The notes under the pieces: model-generated
Database searches by the model: none
What the model was told of the DNA's origin: nothing
The model's input: only the letters and a program-made list of their open reading frames with translations
Source of the DNA: Lama guanicoe
Lineage: Eukaryota
NCBI GenBank assembly: GCA_013239625.1
Contig: MU053444.1
Span: forward strand, 265,822 to 329,821
DNA: 64,000 nucleotides
Direction: 5' to 3'
Shown here: positions 52,401 to 64,000 of the stretch, piece after piece
Layout of the letters: each line of letters begins with the position of its first letter
Position numbering within the stretch: the stretch's first letter is position 1
Translations under genes and position numbers: made by a program

Positions 52401-55400
52401 AAAAAAAACACTGGTTTCAAAAGCTACATTTGTGTCTTTCCTTTCCGATCAATGGTTTTAGACATGCTAATAAAAACTTAGAATAATTTATGTTAATTAG
52501 GTTGTATACCTGGAAAAAGGATTGTAAAAATGTAGGAAAAAAAAAGATAAGGGGCTTATCGCAAATGGATAAATATTTTTATATGGTTATTTTGAATGAG
52601 ATAAATAAAATGGACATTTTTGGATTTAGATACAAGGTTTTCATACTACACTACGTAAAGTTAATAAAAACAGCCAAAGTTATCACCTACTTCCCCAAAC
52701 ATTAAAGTTCAAACAAGTCCATTTTATTTACCACAGTTTAAAATATATGTATTTATAGGGCTAAAACAAAAATAAATGTTTCATATATATAGACTGAAAT
52801 ACTTGATCAATGATTGGGAGAACAGACCAATTAATGAAATTAAAAATTGAGAAGGGCCTAAGCTCTTTGGCTCAAACTTTGGGATCCCAGAGACTTTTAT
52901 ATAAAATTATATACAATGCACGAAAAAAAAAAAAGGCTTTTGGCACTCCTTCTGGAAATAAGAATTATTGATTAAACCTAATAAATATAAAAATTAAAGG
53001 TATAAAATTTAATAAAATTTAGATAAAAGTTTATAAAATTGGTATATTAAATGGGCTTTATATAAACCTTTTGCTTAATTATGTTGTGGGTTAGATATGT
53101 TTCAATGGAAAAACCCTTCCTCTTCTTGGAATTATAAGGCTGGGCATGTATCTTTCCCTCAGAAAATATTAAGTGAACACAATAAAGGAAACCAATACAG
53201 TTACATGAGCAGACCAATATAAAGTAAATCTGAAAACTAATGTTCAGTAGCTAATAAAAAATATAATAAGAGGTTTACCCTGGGTTTAACTTATAACTCA
53301 AGGAAAAGAGACCTTACTAAATGCCTTATGCAAGCTTTCAAAGGCAAGATAAAGTAAACCTTAGTATTAAACATGGAAGTCTTTGTTTACAGCTCTTCTC
53401 ACTGATACAAAAAAGCAAATTAAGGAGATATAAGTGGGCCTGCATGGCAGAGCAGTTCTCTGGGGAACTGGAAGCGTGTGTCTTTGTCTTGCCGGTCAGA
53501 AATGTAAATACAGCAAACTGTGACCTAGGACTGAGCCTAATTAGCTCAATGAGATAAAACTTAAGGCCAAAGAAATTTGTGGCATTTTAGAACTCAGAAC
53601 TCTGACGGGTCCTTAAGAATTTGTCAACAAATCTTAAATGTCTGTTTCATAAATAGTAAGCCTTAGTGATTTGAGCAAGCAAATTCAGTTTACTCCAACT
53701 ATTATTATACTTATCTCATAAGTAAGTTTTAAAGTGAAGCTATGAAATCTCAAGCTTTTGTCTGTTTTTAAGCCTGCGTACACATTGTAGATGTGGGATA
53801 TTTCTACAGCTGATGAAAAGAAAAAAGTCAAAGAGCTCTGCTTAATTGGCGTAAAAAATAAGAGCTTACAAATTAAGTATTTTTAAAATAAAAACTGACC
53901 AAATTGACCTTTAGCTTCACGTGAACTGGAAAATATTCAATATTAAGTTAATATTTGATATTGTTTCGTTTAAGAATGTTCTAATTAATATACACATCTT
54001 TAAAGAAATGAATATTAAGTATGATACTTTTACTGTACCTAGGTTTAATGAAAGTCAAAAAAGATCCTGATATATCTGGTGCAGATTTGTCAAAAAAAAT
54101 AATAGTAACGTGGTGTGGTAAAATTTTAAGTAAATTAAATGCAAATGAGATTAGAGATTTGGATAAATTTTTTAAAATATTTTTTTAAATGTATGCTTAA
54201 GATAATCTCTAAATGATATCTTTAAATTCTAGTGTTGTGCTACATTAAGTTAAATGATAGGATTTTATTAAGTAGCTATGCCATTTTCAGATTAAATAAG
54301 ATTGAAATATGAATTGCTTAACATTTACTCTTACAGAGAAAATAAAGGTGTTCAGAAATATTAATAAATGGTTGGTACCACCCTGAAATAGTCTCTGTTA
54401 TTAAGGGAATGATCTCAGTATCCTAGGAAAGTAAGATAAATATGTAAAGGAAGATATAAGAATGGAATTATATTTTGTTAATGAAAAATAGTGACTTTCT
54501 CCTGAAGATGGTTAATTCTGAATGGAACAGAAAATAAGGCACAAACTAATATGAGTATAGAAACTGTGGAAGGCTTGTGGAAGAGGAACCATGAAGAAAG
54601 AGTTTTGTACGTGGTCAGAATTGGCTAAGTTTAGAATCAACTTGGGCAAAGTAAATCAATCTTAGACGTAAGCTGTTACAAGACTTGATTTGGTTTTCTC
54701 TCTGTTAAGAGGAAAAATTTTCTTGAAATGTTAATCCACCTTCAGTAACAAATTGTAAATCTTCTTATACCACTTACCTGATCTGTTCTGCCTTTACCTT
54801 TGATGCATTTTCTTAATGAATAAGTACTACTTTACAGTGATCTATATGTTTATGTGACCAAGTGTTTTGAAAACTTTTAACAAACTCCCCAAATATCAAT
54901 TTCTAATTAAAGTTCTTTTAATCTCCAGTTAAGTTTGGGATGCTACAGTGGGCCCCTGAAACATCCCAAAGAGAGATTTTAAACTAGTAAATTTCATTTT
55001 GCATGTTAAATACATGGTATTGTCAAAAGAATAGTAAATCTTCTAAGGTTATATTGTATGAGAAAACAATATTAATATAGATATTCTAGAAATTATATGG
55101 ACTCCCTAAAATTCTGGCATATCTAAAATGTTACCAGTCATATTTCTGGTTATAGTGACCAGGTTTCTTTATCGATTATAGTGTAACGGTGTTTAACCAA
55201 GCTTTTAAATCTTTTGTCATTTATAGACAGTAAATTGTTTTCTTCTGGTGATTTTGCAAAATGCTTTCCCTTCAAGGAGATTTACTGGTTTCTAATAAAT
55301 TTCAAACTATAGCAGTGAACTAAACTGGGTAAGAAATTTTAAAGGTCTAATGAAAACTGATTAAAAGAATTAGTTACATGGGACTCAGTAAACTGGTGAA

Positions 55401-55403
55401 TAT

Positions 55404-58400
55404 GTTTATAATTTTTGATTTTGGCTGAAATACTACTGGCTTTTAACCTGTTTCCAGACATAAATAAACTCTTCTCCTTAAGCTAGATATGATTCATTGC
55501 ATTGTGATAAATTATACCTATGTAAGCAGACTTGGAACAGTTATCTTTTCTCTCTACCTGATCCCTCAAGAGACTGAAATCTCTTAGGTCCCCAGTGGCT
55601 CAACCAAATGAGGAAGATCATTTCCTAACAGAAATAGGAATCTCAAGGTATTTTAAGGATTTTAAAGAGAAAAGAATTTACCTAAATCTGTAAGGCAGAA
55701 ACACATGACAAGCCCTTGATGTGGCTTTCCTGGTCTTGTGAAGGAAAAGCCCATCTGGGCTAACAAGATAACTCATAAATCTGAAGTTTAGTGTAAGTCT
55801 ATTGGGCTAACGAGCTAAGTCACAAATCTAAGGGTGATAAGTGCCGGTTTACTGATCTAAGTTCTGCCGGGCTAACTTGTAAATCTAAAGTTTAATGTCA
55901 GTTTACTGCGCTAACAAGCTAACTCGTAAATCCAAGCTCAACAAGCCTCAGTAATGTGATCGGTTCAGAACTGATAAGCTCCAGTGTATTGATTCCTTGC
56001 TTTCTGTTGTTTGAGCCTTATTGGCTAATAGCCCCACACTTGTAATTAACCGTATAAAACTTCATGTGAACGTCTTGGAGGTACTCAGAGCTTCGGAACA
56101 GAAGCCCCTCTGAGCCCACCGGCGTAATATATCTGAGTACTCAAAACCTCTGAGTGGTGCTTGTTTCTTGGCTGGCCTGTCATTTCCCTAACAGCCTTAG
56201 AAAATCTTATTAACATTCTACCCTGAGACTCCTTATTAAAAGTTCCAACACAGCCAATTTAAAAAAGCCTATATGATCAAATAATAAGACTTACTTTGCA
56301 AACAAGTTAATCGATTTGGCTATATTTGAGAATAATGAGGGTAACTTTAGAGAGAAAAAAGATTATATTTTAGTGGATATTAAATTCTGTTTTTTTAATT
56401 GAGGTCTATATTTAATTAGACATTTCCCAGATCATTCCTTGCTGTTATGTCACATGGCTGTAAAGGTTAATTGAATTATGAAAAGGATACTCTAGGTTTG
56501 TTTCTGAAGCTCAGTAATGTATCCTTGGGTAAAGTTCCAATGCCCCATGACCTGCAGCCAGGGGATTATACATACTGGAACAGGCATGACTTAAAGAACT
56601 GTCTCCAACCTCAACTGAAGTACCCTTTATCAGGTACTCTTAAAACACCAAAGTGAAACGGACTTTCACATTAATTTCCTATCAGAAACAGCCCCTGCAG
56701 TGCACTGGCCTATAGAGCACTGCTCAACTTAAAACAATACCAAAATGGAGAAAAAGCTACCCAGGCCAGGATGAGAAGAAGACGACATCTGAGGTAAGAC
56801 AGCTGACCGAAGACACCGGACCAGGCCTGTATAACAATTACTTTGATAATTTCTCCTACCTTTGATTATGAACTACTCCAATTGTTAAGTTCATGGTAAA
56901 TTACCTATGTCAAGTCCTTCTGTGTTACCTTGGTGGGTATTTGTTGTAAAGCTCCTATATATCCCAGCTTCTTGCCTACCTCTTGGGAGCAGTCCCTCAG
57001 AGTGATCTGAGAGGCTGTCATACCGGCTCGAGTCCTCCCTCCAAATAAACACAACTCTTAACTTTTAGGCTGAACGTTTATTTCAATCAAGTCCCAGAAT
57101 AGACACAAGTCATCAATTCCGTAATGGAACACACTGGATCAGGAACCAAAAGCGTGTTCTAGTCCCGAAAACCATGGGTTCCTCTTTCTTCCTGTCATTA
57201 CACAATCCCACCAGAACTCATTACTTTGCTGTCTGCTCAGACCAAACTTAGACAAGAGTCAACTCAACAGAGTGCCTTGCTGTGAAGAACCCCCTGCAGA
57301 AGCAAGGCGGTCAGCCTGCCCTCCTGCACGCTCTGCTGACCCCAACTCTCCTCCGTGGAGACCACTCCAACTTAGCTGTTCCCGAGAGCTCCAANNNNNN
57401 NNNNNNNNNNNNNNNNNNNNNNNNNNNNNNNNNNNNNNNNNNNNNNNNNNNNNNNNNNNNNNNNNNNNNNNNNNNNNNNNNNNNNNNNNNNGTTTATAAT
57501 TTTTGATTTTGGCTGAAATACTACTGGCTTTTAACCTGTTTCCAGACATAAATAAACTCTTCTCCTTAAGCTAGATATGATTCATTGCATTGTGATAAAT
57601 TATACCTATGTAAGCAGACTTGGAACAGTTATCTTTTCTCTCTACCTGATCCCTCAAGAGACTGAAATCTCTTAGGTCCCCAGTGGCTCAACCAAATGAG
57701 GAAGATCATTTCCTAACAGAAATAGGAATCTCAAGGTATTTTAAGGATTTTAAAGAGAAAAGAATTTACCTAAATCTGTAAGGCAGAAACACATGACAAG
57801 CCCTTGATGTGGCTTTCCTGGTCTTGTGAAGGAAAAGCCCATCTGGGCTAACAAGATAACTCATAAATCTGAAGTTTAGTGTAAGTCTATTGGGCTAACG
57901 AGCTAAGTCACAAATCTAAGGGTGATAAGTGCCGGTTTACTGATCTAAGTTCTGCCGGGCTAACTTGTAAATCTAAAGTTTAATGTCAGTTTACTGCGCT
58001 AACAAGCTAACTCGTAAATCCAAGCTCAACAAGCCTCAGTAATGTGATCGGTTCAGAACTGATAAGCTCCAGTGTATTGATTCCTTGCTTTCTGTTGTTT
58101 GAGCCTTATTGGCTAATAGCCCCACACTTGTAATTAACCGTATAAAACTTCATGTGAACGTCTTGGAGGTACTCAGAGCTTCGGAACAGAAGCCCCTCTG
58201 AGCCCACCGGCGTAATATACCTGAGTACTCAAAACCTCTGAGTGGTGCTTGTTTCTTGGCTGGCCTGTCATTTCCCTAACAGCCTTAGAAAATCTTATTA
58301 ACATTCTACCCTGAGACTCCTTATTAAAAGTTCCAACACAGCCAATTTAAAAAAGCCTATATGATCAAATAATAAGACTTACTTTGCAAACAAGTTAATC

Positions 58401-59497
58401 GATTTGGCTATATTTGAGAATAATGAGGGTAACTTTAGAGAGAAAAAAGATTATATTTTAGTGGATATTAAATTCTGTTTTTTTAATTGAGGTCTATATT
58501 TAATTAGACATTTCCCAGATCATTCCTTGCTGTTATGTCACATGGCTGTAAAGGTTAATTGAATTATGAAAAGGATACTCTAGGTTTGTTTCTGAAGCTC
58601 AGTAATGTATCCTTGGGTAAAGTTCCAATGCCCCATGACCTGCAGCCAGGGGATTATACATACTGGAACAGGCATGACTTAAAGAACTGTCTCCAACCTC
58701 AACTGAAGTACCCTTTATCAGGTACTCTTAACTAGACCATACACACCAAAGTTGAAAGAAACGGACTTTCACATTAATTTCCTATCAGAAACAGCCCCTG
58801 CAGTGCACTGGCCTATAGAGCACTGCTCAACTTAAAACAATACCAAAATGGAGAAAAAGCTACCCAGGCCAGGATGAGAAGAAGACGACATCTGAGGTAA
58901 GACAGCTGACCGAAGACACCGGACCAGGCCTGTATAACAATTACTTTGATAATTTCTCCTACCTTTGATTATGAACTACTCCAATTGTTAAGTTCATGGT
59001 AAATTACCTATGTCAAGTCCTTCTGTGTTACCTTGGTGGGTATTTGTTGTAAAGCTCCTATATATCCCAGCTTCTTGCCTACCTCTTGGGAGCAGTCCCT
59101 CAGAGTGATCTGAGAGGCTGTCATACCGGCTCGAGTCCTCCCTCCAAATAAACACAACTCTTAACTTTTAGGCTGAACGTTTATTTCAATCAAGTCCCAG
59201 AATAGACACAAGTCATCAATTCCGTAATGGAACACACTGGATCAGGAACCAAAAGCGTGTTCTAGTCCCGAAAACCATGGGTTCCTCTTTCTTCCTGTCA
59301 TTACACAATCCCACCAGAACTCATTACTTTGCTGTCTGCTCAGACCAAACTTAGACAAGAGTCAACTCAACAGAGTGCCTTGCTGTGAAGAACCCCCTGC
59401 AGAAGCAAGGCGGTCAGCCTGCCCTCCTGCACGCTCTGCTGACCCCAACTCTCCTCCGTGGAGACCACTCCAACTTAGCTGTTCCCGAGAGCTCCAA
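55404..59497 (+). repeat. Near-identical direct repeat of about 2 kb flanking an N gap (55404-57394 and 57492-59497)
   Basis: Copy 2 starts exactly at the gap end and copy 1 ends exactly at the gap start (Ns at 57395-57491). Differences seen: one substitution near 56132/58220 and small indels near 56643/58732. Confidence 0.95.
55737..56193 (+). mobile_element. Solo LTR nested inside the ERV (repeated at 57825-58281)
   Basis: TGTGAAGGAAAAGCCC...CCCTAACA with TSD GTCT/GCCT. Same family as 25552-26065 but shorter in the U3 repeat region. Confidence 0.9.
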
Positions 59498-62422
59498 AGT
59501 CCCACACATTAAATAAAAGCATTTTATTTTATACCATATGTTATGTATATACCCATCTCTGAAAACAGCTTTGCCAGAAACCCAAATCTTCAACATGAAT
59601 CTGCAAAGGCACATCCGGTCCCCAAGGGAAAACAAGTTTTAATATGATACTAGGCCTGCAAAGTCCTCTCCACTACCGTCACAAAACTGCCTGAATGTCT
59701 GCAAATACAGGCGGCTACATGTCTGTTTTAAAGCAACCCCTTCCTGCCCTCAGGCGCTACAATGTCCCTCTACGCCCTCCCATCTCAGGGTAAGAGCAGC
59801 CGCTGCAGAACCTTGCAGGGCAGCATTGACAGGACTGGACAAAGAGGATCAGAGCTAAACTAAGCCTTCTGATGACACGAGTTTGTCACTCTGTCACTTT
59901 ATAGATCAAGATATATTTAGAGAGAGGTGGAGTGATATTGCTCAAAGCCACACAGCTAATAAGTGGCAAAGTCTATAGTTCTGCTCCTCCCTCCGGCATG
60001 ACGCCCCAGCTGGGATGGCCACAGGGTTCTCTCGTGCCTGCCTGAACAGTCCTTTCCTGTCACTCGTAACCCACCACACTGCGTGACCCTAGCCTGACTT
60101 TTCAGCATCTTTTCCTTCCAGTCTCTCAGGAACAAGGCTGTTCGGGCACCTGTATGACTTCCGACTCCCCAAACCCTCCATGCTCAGGCTGGTCTTGCCT
60201 GTGCTTCTGGCCCCCTGCTCACAGGCTCTTCCTCCCCTGCAGGAGGACGTTTCCTCTCACCGCAGGGACACCCCCGCAGGGGAGCCCTCTTCTCTCCCTC
60301 AGCACGGCAGGTGTCCCAGGACACATCTCTAGCTGCCCCATTAGGACTGCGTTTGCCCAGGTCTGCTAATCAGGTCAGCAGCCTCAGAGCCAGGGATTAT
60401 GCCCGGGTCACTCTGCAAACCTACTGCCCACCTCACAGCCCCCAGACAGCAGCTCACCTGCAAGTCACAGCAAGTGCCCCACCCAATCCAGAAGTCTCTT
60501 CATTTGCCAGCACCGCTGATGACTGGTTTCCAACCTTTGGTCAGTTTCACACAAAAGAGCAGCTTCCACTGTGAAGCAGGGGGTATTCGCTCCAGCTCCC
60601 CATCCTTACTGGAAACGTCAAGGGAAATCAAAAGGCCTCTTCTCAACCCTTTTCTGATGACAGCCCCCACCCAGAATACTCACATGCTCAAAAGAATTGG
60701 GTCCACGTGATTTTGTTTCCCTTACGCTAAGTGGCTCGAAACACTGCGGAATTCTTTCTCTTTTAAGGGTATTTGTACTCAGTATATTGGCTTTAATCTG
60801 TTTTTCTCTAGCTCTTTAGTATCTCTAGCAGTTGCCACATCTTAATGCCTTCAGCAGCCTCCCTCCCAACATCTAGTCTTGGAAATCAGCTGTGATGAGG
60901 GGCCAGGGGGCACTCACAGAAGATGCAACTAAGGCACAGAGAAGCTATAAAATTTGCCCAAGAAGATCAGCCTCAACCCCCAACATTGTGTTCCCCGTCC
61001 CTCTTTTAACCTCTTATGCTAATCAAGCTTTTGTAGAATATGCTTATAAACAGATGAGGTATCAAAATATATACAAGGACACACATCAACTCTAAGACGT
61101 TTATTAACTCCACTATTTTGTTTCTATTTGTTCTATTTCTATTAAAAAAATTAAGAACCTCTGCACTCAATATAACAAAATGTTACTGGGTTTTAAATCC
61201 AGAATATAGAGGTGTTAAGTGTGTCATTACTCATACTTATTTGTATGTTCACAAAACAAAATGATTTGAAAGTCTCTCTCCCTTCTCCCTACTCACTGCT
61301 GGCTCTCACCAGAGCTCCAGACCACACATTAAACAGCCTTTCACTTTACCCACAGCTGAACCCATCAGTTTTCCCCCAGAACTCCCTCTGCAAGTTTCCC
61401 TCCTAAGAGCACAGCAGGATCATCATTTAACTGATTAATGCACCCAGAAACCTGGGCCGTACTTCATCCTATCTTCACAGACAGCATTCATCCTTTCTTT
61501 TTACAATCTAAACATGCCTTCAATCTGTTCACTTTTACCCACTGACTGTCCCACAGCTCAAGTGGAAGCCACCAACACTGCCCACCTGGACTCACGAGTC
61601 TCCCAAGTGGCCCCACAGCCGCTCTCCCCTACTTGAGACAAATGGGATTGTGTCAGTCCCGCGCTTTTAGGTCTCTTCTCAATCCCACTGTTCTTAGAAG
61701 AAACTCCCAGTTCTTCACCTGATGAAGGTCTTTGTCATGAAACTGTCAGCTCAGGGAGGGCAGGACCCGCCCCCTCACCTCGGCCCCGCCTTCTGGCAGA
61801 GTTTCAGCTTGGGAGGACCTGCTGAGCAACACCAGCCTGTATTCTAAACCTGGTCTTGTGTTCTTAGCAAACTGCTTCAGTTATCCATACAAATCCAAGG
61901 TATATTAGAAAGATTTTAGATGTTGATCTAGACTATTGATTTGGGGATTTTGCACTAGCAACCTGCAAGTACATGTTCTAATCATACTGTCTTCTAAAAA
62001 CCACACCCAGATTTATGTAGTACTTGTGGAATATCTTCGGAGTAAAAGGGACTGTACTTTTAAAGACTTTATGATTTATAACATGAACAACCCGCACAGG
62101 GTCACAAATGGAACTGCCTCACAAATGACAGAAGACAGGTGAGAGTCATATAGCAACAGGTCACAAAGATGGTATGAGCATAGTTGATTCTCCAAACCCC
62201 CAAAAATTCCTCAAAGAACTAAAAACTCTTAATTTTGGAAGTAAAATACTATCATGTAAAGAAAAGATAAATAATCATCTTCATCAGGGTTTCAAGATCT
62301 GACTCCAGAAGTTTTAGCAGGCCATACTGAATCTTAGCACAAATAAATCAGATGGAATAGTGGTGAGTAAGTTTCAGAAAAACTGCGGTAATTCCTCCAC
62401 TTGTAAGTGGACATACACTCAC

Positions 62423-62542
62423 CTGCCGAAAGTGCATGTAAACCGCATTCTGGAGAAATTCAGAAGCTTCCAGGCTGCGCTTCTGGATGGCAAGGACACG
62501 GACAGCTTCGAAGCTTGCTTCAGAGTCACCGGCATTCTTACA
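62423..62542 (-). pseudogene. TRAPPC9: TRAPPC9-like exon 7, probably from the neighbouring tandem copy
   Basis: [40 protein letters not shown] vs TRAPPC9 [42 protein letters not shown]. Open frame; donor CAG|GTGAGT intact; the AG of the acceptor is displaced by 1 nt. Confidence 0.95.
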
Positions 62543-63409
62543 CCTCAGGAGGAAACGGAGGCTCTCAGTCATGAGCAGAGATGTTCCTGTCGTGTCTAAC
62601 AGGCCATGCCTCAGGGACTCGGTGCCCTGCAGCAGCCCGGCACCAGGCGAGGACCCGCAGTGGCCCACCCAAGCAGGAGGAGCTCTGTGCTTGAGAAAGC
62701 CCATCCCCGATGGGGGCAAGAGGGGCTGGTGGGGTTGAGTGAACCTATAAATTCTCACAGAATTACACCTGCATACATTCAAGTGATACAATTAACAGTA
62801 GCAGGCTATTTAACAAAATTTCAATTGTCAGTGGAAATTTTACCATTCCTTTCCGCTTGTCCCCTGCACTCTGAGACAGGCTTAGGCTCTCTCACACCTG
62901 CAGGTCTGATGCAATAGTTGTGAAGTCAATTGCTGCAAGTCGGTCCCCGTGTCGCTGTGAATGTCCTTCCTAACACACTCAGATGTCTTCCTGGATCTCT
63001 TCCTGAGTTCCTTGCTCCTGTTCCTCAGCTCCAAAGATAAAGGACAAGTGAAGACACATGACCAGAAAAGGCACTGTGGACTTGAACAAAGTCCTATGTG
63101 ACCCCATAGGTGAGTACTGCCCACCCCTTAATTTCGATTCTCAAGGTTCTGTCCAGGGTGACGTCCAGACAGCAGAGAGTCCTGGGTAATTAAAGGCTGT
63201 GTGTCTTGCGCGCAGGGACAGGTGCAGGAGCTGGTCCTGTAACCAGGCCCACCCCACCCCTGCTTCTCTTTCTCCGGAGGCCCCTCTGCCAAGCCCCCAG
63301 GCTCCCTGATATTCTGTCCTTCTCTTCTACTCTTCTCCAAGCCCTTTTCCTCTTCCTTTATTCCATAATAATCCCCAGCTGGAGTGATTTTTCAATCACA
63401 GTATCTGAA

Positions 63410-64000
63410 CAATTTTCCTGCAGCTGAAAAAGAGGTCTCCAGAGGTCAATGCCCATATGCTGGTTCCTGAATAGAGCCCCTGGTTAGGGGGACCCTCACC
63501 AACACTCACGGGGCATCAGGCATGTTGCAGGGTCGACCAACCCCAACAAGACTTTGCTGTGACCCCAGGGCCCGCACAGCATCCCTGATCACAAAAATGT
63601 ATTTGGACAACGTATCCGTTATTAAGAAGCAAAAATAAAAAAAAAAATTCCCCATGTTTCTTAATAAAATTATTTATGAGGTGGAAAAAGAAATTGTAAT
63701 AGAAAAGAACATATTTGACTCCATATTAGATGTGTTCCATTGGCTTTAAATCTGTGCCCTGTTTTCTAGGCTCAGACTTGCAAACTCTGGACCTTTTGTA
63801 AAAGAAAGTTGCCTTTAGCCTGAAATATCCAGGAGAGCCTATTCTCCCGGCTCTGATCTTTAAGGATGTTAGCTTTTCTGCACTTATATAGAGATGGCAA
63901 GTTGTAAAACAGAGAATAAACTTCGTTTATTTTTTGGAGGTTTTACAGGGGCACCATGATTTGACCCACATGAACAGCTGCAAGAACAAAGGATTCCAAG
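63410..64000 (+). repeat. Segmental-duplication overlap, copy B (paralogous to 1-586), with LTR starting at 63695
   Basis: Same flank gaggtggaaaaagaaat|TGTAATAGAAAAGAAC as at 264-296; about 90% identity. Confidence 0.95.

Larger units (their letters stand above)
50626..57090 (+). mobile_element. Decayed non-autonomous ERV1-class provirus
   Basis: 5' LTR 50626-51076 (TGTCAG...TCAACA). PBS-like tggaaaccatgaagggac at 51081-51098 resembling an Arg-tRNA PBS. AT-rich non-coding interior. Integrase C-terminal remnant HDLQPGDYTYWNRHDLKNCLQP at about 56545-56612. Partial 3' LTR 56941-57090, about 80% identical to 50924-51075. Confidence 0.85.

Noticed and set aside
62898..63028. Purine-rich exon-like segment upstream of exon 7
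   Set aside because: Weak GAG acceptor and no recognisable product.

Overview
Mammalian genomic DNA from a draft assembly with three N gaps. It is very probably a camelid, judging from five tRNA-Ala-like Vic-1-type SINEs. I can support no intact protein-coding gene; the ORF track is mostly noise. On the minus strand lies a decayed, intron-containing paralog of the 5' part of TRAPPC9 (NIBP/Trs120). It has a CpG island with a perfect splice donor at about 36.3-37.0 kb, then exon 2 (31690-32257), exon 3 (22593-22713), the 27-nt microexon 5 (14512-14538) and exon 6 (6357-6477); exons 2, 3 and 6 carry stops or frameshifts. A TRAPPC9 exon 7 sits out of order at 62423-62542, upstream of exon 2. Bases 63410-64000 are an approximately 90% identical copy of bases 1-586, including the same solo-LTR insertion site. 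The window therefore looks like one period (about 63.4 kb) of an old tandem array of truncated TRAPPC9-like units. The rest is transposon-derived: solo LTRs with TSDs, a decayed ERV1 provirus with a nested LTR, L1s including a likely 3' transduction, SINEs and DNA transposon fossils. Two near-identical local duplications are probably assembly artefacts. All homology calls come from reading by eye against remembered sequences, not from database searches; exon numbering follows my recollection of human TRAPPC9.
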